NCBI RefSeq assembly: GCF_000039765.1
Contig: NC_004459.3
Span: forward strand, 3,196,104 to 3,228,103
Length of the DNA stretch: 32,000 bases
Source: Vibrio vulnificus CMCP6
GTDB taxonomy: Bacteria > Pseudomonadota > Gammaproteobacteria > Enterobacterales > Vibrionaceae
Direction: 5' to 3'
Of this stretch, positions 28,815 to 32,000 are shown one piece after another. Every line of letters starts with the position of its first letter. The first letter of the stretch is position 1. The notes under the pieces were generated by a model, which made no database searches, was not told the DNA's origin, and saw only the letters and a program-made list of their open reading frames with translations. The position numbers and the translations under genes were made by a program.

Positions 28815-31800
28815 TTATTCAGGTTGATAGTGAAATTGAAGGGTTACCCATTCATACAAGGTTCTTGGGTCACCATAGGTGAGGCTAGATACCACTTCTT
28901 CCTCTCTTGGGTAACGGCCACCATCGCTCTCTGGTAAAAATCGGCGCTCGCCTTTGCGATAAAAAATCATCGGGCGTACCAGCTCATAAGCTTGCTTCTC
29001 TAGATGAGTGTCATCCACCACCGTAACTCGCGTCATTCGCAACGTACGAGACCCATCTTCGCAGTATCCTGGTGCATCAAATGCAACCGCTTTGAATGGT
29101 TCAATATTGTCAGGGTCTAACTTAGTGGCGCAATCATCAAAACGGGCAATATGCAGCATCAATTGACGTCGTTCAGTGAGTACATCGGAGCCAATAGGTT
29201 TCACTCTCACGATGGCAATCATACCTTCACCGTACTCTTTGAACTGTTCATCGGTTGGTCGCAACAAGCGATCAACACCCATCAACCCAAATTGAGATTC
29301 TTGCAGACTAGCAAATTCAGAACCACTCAGTTTACTGATAATGACCGTCTGCTTCTCGGTAAGAGTATGGTTAGAATCCGCTTGCTCCGCTTTCGGTGCG
29401 TTCAAGGTAAAGTTCAGAGACGTTTGGCTCAGAGCAAGATAGTCTCTCGTCTCATCTTCACTCACGACAATAGATGCCACTTGATCTTGGCTGTCCCCCA
29501 GATAGTCCTTGAGCGTTATCACGCCGCTGATAGGATCCACGGAGATGGTGCTATCAGACAGCATCGTTTTGTAGCTGCGCGTACCTATCGGTGAGCGCAT
29601 CGCCAAACTAACCTGCTTGAAGGGCACAAAATCAATGCTCTGCGGCTTGTAATCAAGCGCTTTGGCCGCGGCCTTGCTAATCGTCCCCGTTACACGCTTG
29701 GTCACTGTTTTATAGTTGCGAGCAGAAACCGTTGCTTCAATTTCGAAGCTCCCTGCATGCAGCATACTTACAGATCCCTCAGTACCGGAAGTGAGTTTTA
29801 CTGTTGGATCGGCTTGATTGATCAAGCGGTAGCTGCGTTTATCCATCACAAGTGAAAGAGACGGCACAATCGTTTTGTTCTCTTCAAAGATCGTATTTGG
29901 ATAATGAATCTCAACCGGGTTATCGGCGGGTAAGACGCGAGCGGTAAAACTGGTTTCACCTGCATTCACACCACTACTGCCTGTGTCTTTAACGATGACT
30001 CGAACAGAGCCCGCATTGAGCATCTTCATAAAACCAGAGTCTTTATCCAATGCGACAACGTCGGTTGGTTCCCCCTCGGCGAGATAATAGCTCAGTTTGC
30101 CCACAGCCCCCGTGATTAAAGGAGCGCCAATCGAGCCGAATGCAGAAGTCCAAGTGCCCTCGACAAGCGGTTGCGCCGCTTTTAGCTGACTATCAGCACT
30201 ATTGATACGAACATTGACGTACTGTACCGGACCTGCCAAATAGTTGTTTGTTTCTGCTCTTCGAATGGTCAAACGGGTTTCACCCGCTTTCAAGACGTGC
30301 AGAATGCCTCCGTCTAGCACTTTGACTACGTTAGGATCGCTGTTATTAAGTACCAACAAATCATTGGTACGGGGATTGAGATCTTGTTGAAGGTTGATCT
30401 GAAGATCTTTGTAGTAGGTTTCTTGATAATCTTGCGTTTGATAAGGCTGTGCGGCCGCCTTTGCCACATCAATAGAGAGTGTAAACTGCGTTGATTGATA
30501 CAACTCACCACCATCATCCTCAATTTGCAACGAGTATTGCCCCGCTTGCTCAATGAATAACGTTTTCTCCACAAGGGCCAGTTGAGGGGATGAACCACTC
30601 ACTAATGTTAAACGACCTTTTTGACCCGCAAATTCAAACGGAATACGTAGATCTTGTTGATAAGTTAAAGAGATAGGATCTTGCTTGATGCCTTGGTGTG
30701 GCGCTTTATCAATTTGGATGGTAAAACGTGCACTAGAGGCTTGATAGTTGCGCAGGTTTTGCTCAGTCACTTCCACTTCCGCCTGCCCTACACCATCAAT
30801 AACGGGCAAGTTAGCAACGGTATCAATGTGGAGCACATCAGCACCGCTCAATAGTCGATACTGAACCTCGCCTTTGGCATTACTCACAACGGGTTGTAGA
30901 CGGGCATTGGCTTGATATTCCGTCACCATATTGGCAACCGACAGCGGCTGGCGCGCAGCCTTATCAATCGTCACTTCGTATTCACTGGTTTGCTGAGCAG
31001 TTTTGTAAGTCTCTGGATAATATGCCGTGGCTTGCACCGTCACTTTGCCGCTGTTTTTGATCGCCAGCATGCCTTGGTTTTGCTGCGAAAACTCCGCGAC
31101 TTCCCAATCCGGTTCGCTTTTAACAATCTGATATACGATGCGTTCTGTTGGCGTCGTATCTAAGCGTTTTGGCGCTAACACCAACCCAGGTTGATATGCG
31201 CGAGAAAGTGCCGCAAAGCTAAGAGAGTCCGCGTCTACCGCTCTCACAATAACATCGGCTTCCACGCTTCGTTCAGAATAAAACTCATCACCCAAATCGA
31301 TCACTTGGATACGTGCAATACCAGGGCGACCTCGACTTTGTACTTCTCCTTGTGCAGAGAGATCAATGATAGCGTTAGGATCGGAGAGAACGCGATAACT
31401 CAACTCACCTTTTGCACCACGGACAGTAAGTGAACTTGGCGTGGATTGCGTGGTGGTTAAGTAAAGCGGACTGATGGAGAGAGCATCGTTCCAGCCCTTT
31501 TGAATGGTAATCGTAAAATTCGACTCTGAGGTTTGAAAGGTGTCGCTAGTGTCAATCGCCTTCACATGGGCAACACCTGGCTTTAATACTTTGATGCGGC
31601 CTTGGCTGTCGAGTAACACCACTTGTGCACTTTCGTCACCAATTAACTCAAACGCGACATCACCTTTCACTTCGAAAAGTTGCGGTTGAACAATCTCGCC
31701 ACTTTGTACATAGGTGGTGGTAAGGTCCAAAGATTCAAGAGGCGCACGATATTGCTTGCTTGGTTTCACAACCGCAGGGGCCGAACTACCGCCACCTCCG

Positions 31801-31862
31801 CCACCACACCCCACCAACACATTGGCAGTGAGCAATAAAATTAACCCATGTTCTATTCGCAT
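28815..31862 (-). CDS. Large lipoprotein with about 9 divergent Big_2-like Ig repeats and a unique C-terminal domain of about 188 aa
   Basis: 1015 aa. The lipobox is NVLVG|C, followed by GGGGGGSSAP. A periodic motif of about 88 aa recurs (G..kvLkaG.a.v.v, then F.i.I.ka), for example GRIKVLKPGVAHVKAID, GILHVLKAGETRLTIRR and GFMKMLNAGSVRVIVKD. The C-terminal 188 aa (28818-29381) contain 2 Cys and no motif I can name. Confidence 0.75.
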   Translation of the reverse strand: MRIEHGLILLLTANVLVGCGGGGGGSSAPAVVKPSKQYRAPLESLDLTTTYVQSGEIVQPQLFEVKGDVAFELIGDESAQVVLLDSQGRIKVLKPGVAHVKAIDTSDTFQTSESNFTITIQKGWNDALSISPLYLTTTQSTPSSLTVRGAKGELSYRVLSDPNAIIDLSAQGEVQSRGRPGIARIQVIDLGDEFYSERSVEADVIVRAVDADSLSFAALSRAYQPGLVLAPKRLDTTPTERIVYQIVKSEPDWEVAEFSQQNQGMLAIKNSGKVTVQATAYYPETYKTAQQTSEYEVTIDKAARQPLSVANMVTEYQANARLQPVVSNAKGEVQYRLLSGADVLHIDTVANLPVIDGVGQAEVEVTEQNLRNYQASSARFTIQIDKAPHQGIKQDPISLTYQQDLRIPFEFAGQKGRLTLVSGSSPQLALVEKTLFIEQAGQYSLQIEDDGGELYQSTQFTLSIDVAKAAAQPYQTQDYQETYYKDLQINLQQDLNPRTNDLLVLNNSDPNVVKVLDGGILHVLKAGETRLTIRRAETNNYLAGPVQYVNVRINSADSQLKAAQPLVEGTWTSAFGSIGAPLITGAVGKLSYYLAEGEPTDVVALDKDSGFMKMLNAGSVRVIVKDTGSSGVNAGETSFTARVLPADNPVEIHYPNTIFEENKTIVPSLSLVMDKRSYRLINQADPTVKLTSGTEGSVSMLHAGSFEIEATVSARNYKTVTKRVTGTISKAAAKALDYKPQSIDFVPFKQVSLAMRSPIGTRSYKTMLSDSTISVDPISGVITLKDYLGDSQDQVASIVVSEDETRDYLALSQTSLNFTLNAPKAEQADSNHTLTEKQTVIISKLSGSEFASLQESQFGLMGVDRLLRPTDEQFKEYGEGMIAIVRVKPIGSDVLTERRQLMLHIARFDDCATKLDPDNIEPFKAVAFDAPGYCEDGSRTLRMTRVTVVDDTHLEKQAYELVRPMIFYRKGERRFLPESDGGRYPREEEVVSSLTYGDPRTLYEWVTLQFHYQPE

Positions 31863-32000
31863 TATTACGCCTCAACTGAATATTTACTCAACAGGCGCGG
31901 ACCTTATCACAAGGCAGAAAATTAAATCAGGCAAAGAAATCGGCAGATTTTGCGCGATTTCTTACATGCAAATAGGAATGAATCACATTGCTAAAAAACG

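Overview
This window looks like chromosomal DNA from a Vibrio-like gammaproteobacterium; that is inferred from the protein sequences and gene order, with no database search. It is densely coding. I call 25 intact protein genes, including one 3' gene fragment at the left edge, and one SRP (4.5S) RNA gene that the ORF track cannot show. I found no tRNA, rRNA, CRISPR array, transposase, integrase or phage genes, and no recognisable defence-system genes. The backbone consists of housekeeping blocks whose order mirrors E. coli: ydjA-topB, sppA-ansA, yeaC-msrB-gapA-yeaD and tesB-ybaY-ybaZ. Lineage-specific signalling and envelope genes sit between these blocks. They include a cytoplasmic hybrid histidine kinase with a REC-GGDEF partner, a Cache-type chemoreceptor, and a diguanylate cyclase with two periplasmic binding domains. 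They also include a lipoprotein amidohydrolase, a two-gene lipoprotein/LruC-domain operon, and a 1015-aa lipoprotein made of about 9 Ig-like repeats plus an unassignable C-terminal domain. Most genes end in clear rho-independent hairpins. Three short CTAG-containing tandem repeats lie in intergenic DNA, and I see a strong LexA-box candidate before topB and a FadR-type operator before fadH. I do not see an unambiguous new multi-gene system. The best candidates for undescribed biology are the lipoprotein/LruC operon (19202-21377) and the giant repeat lipoprotein (28815-31862). These two share an unusual N-terminal motif, Cys followed by poly-Gly and then SSAP.
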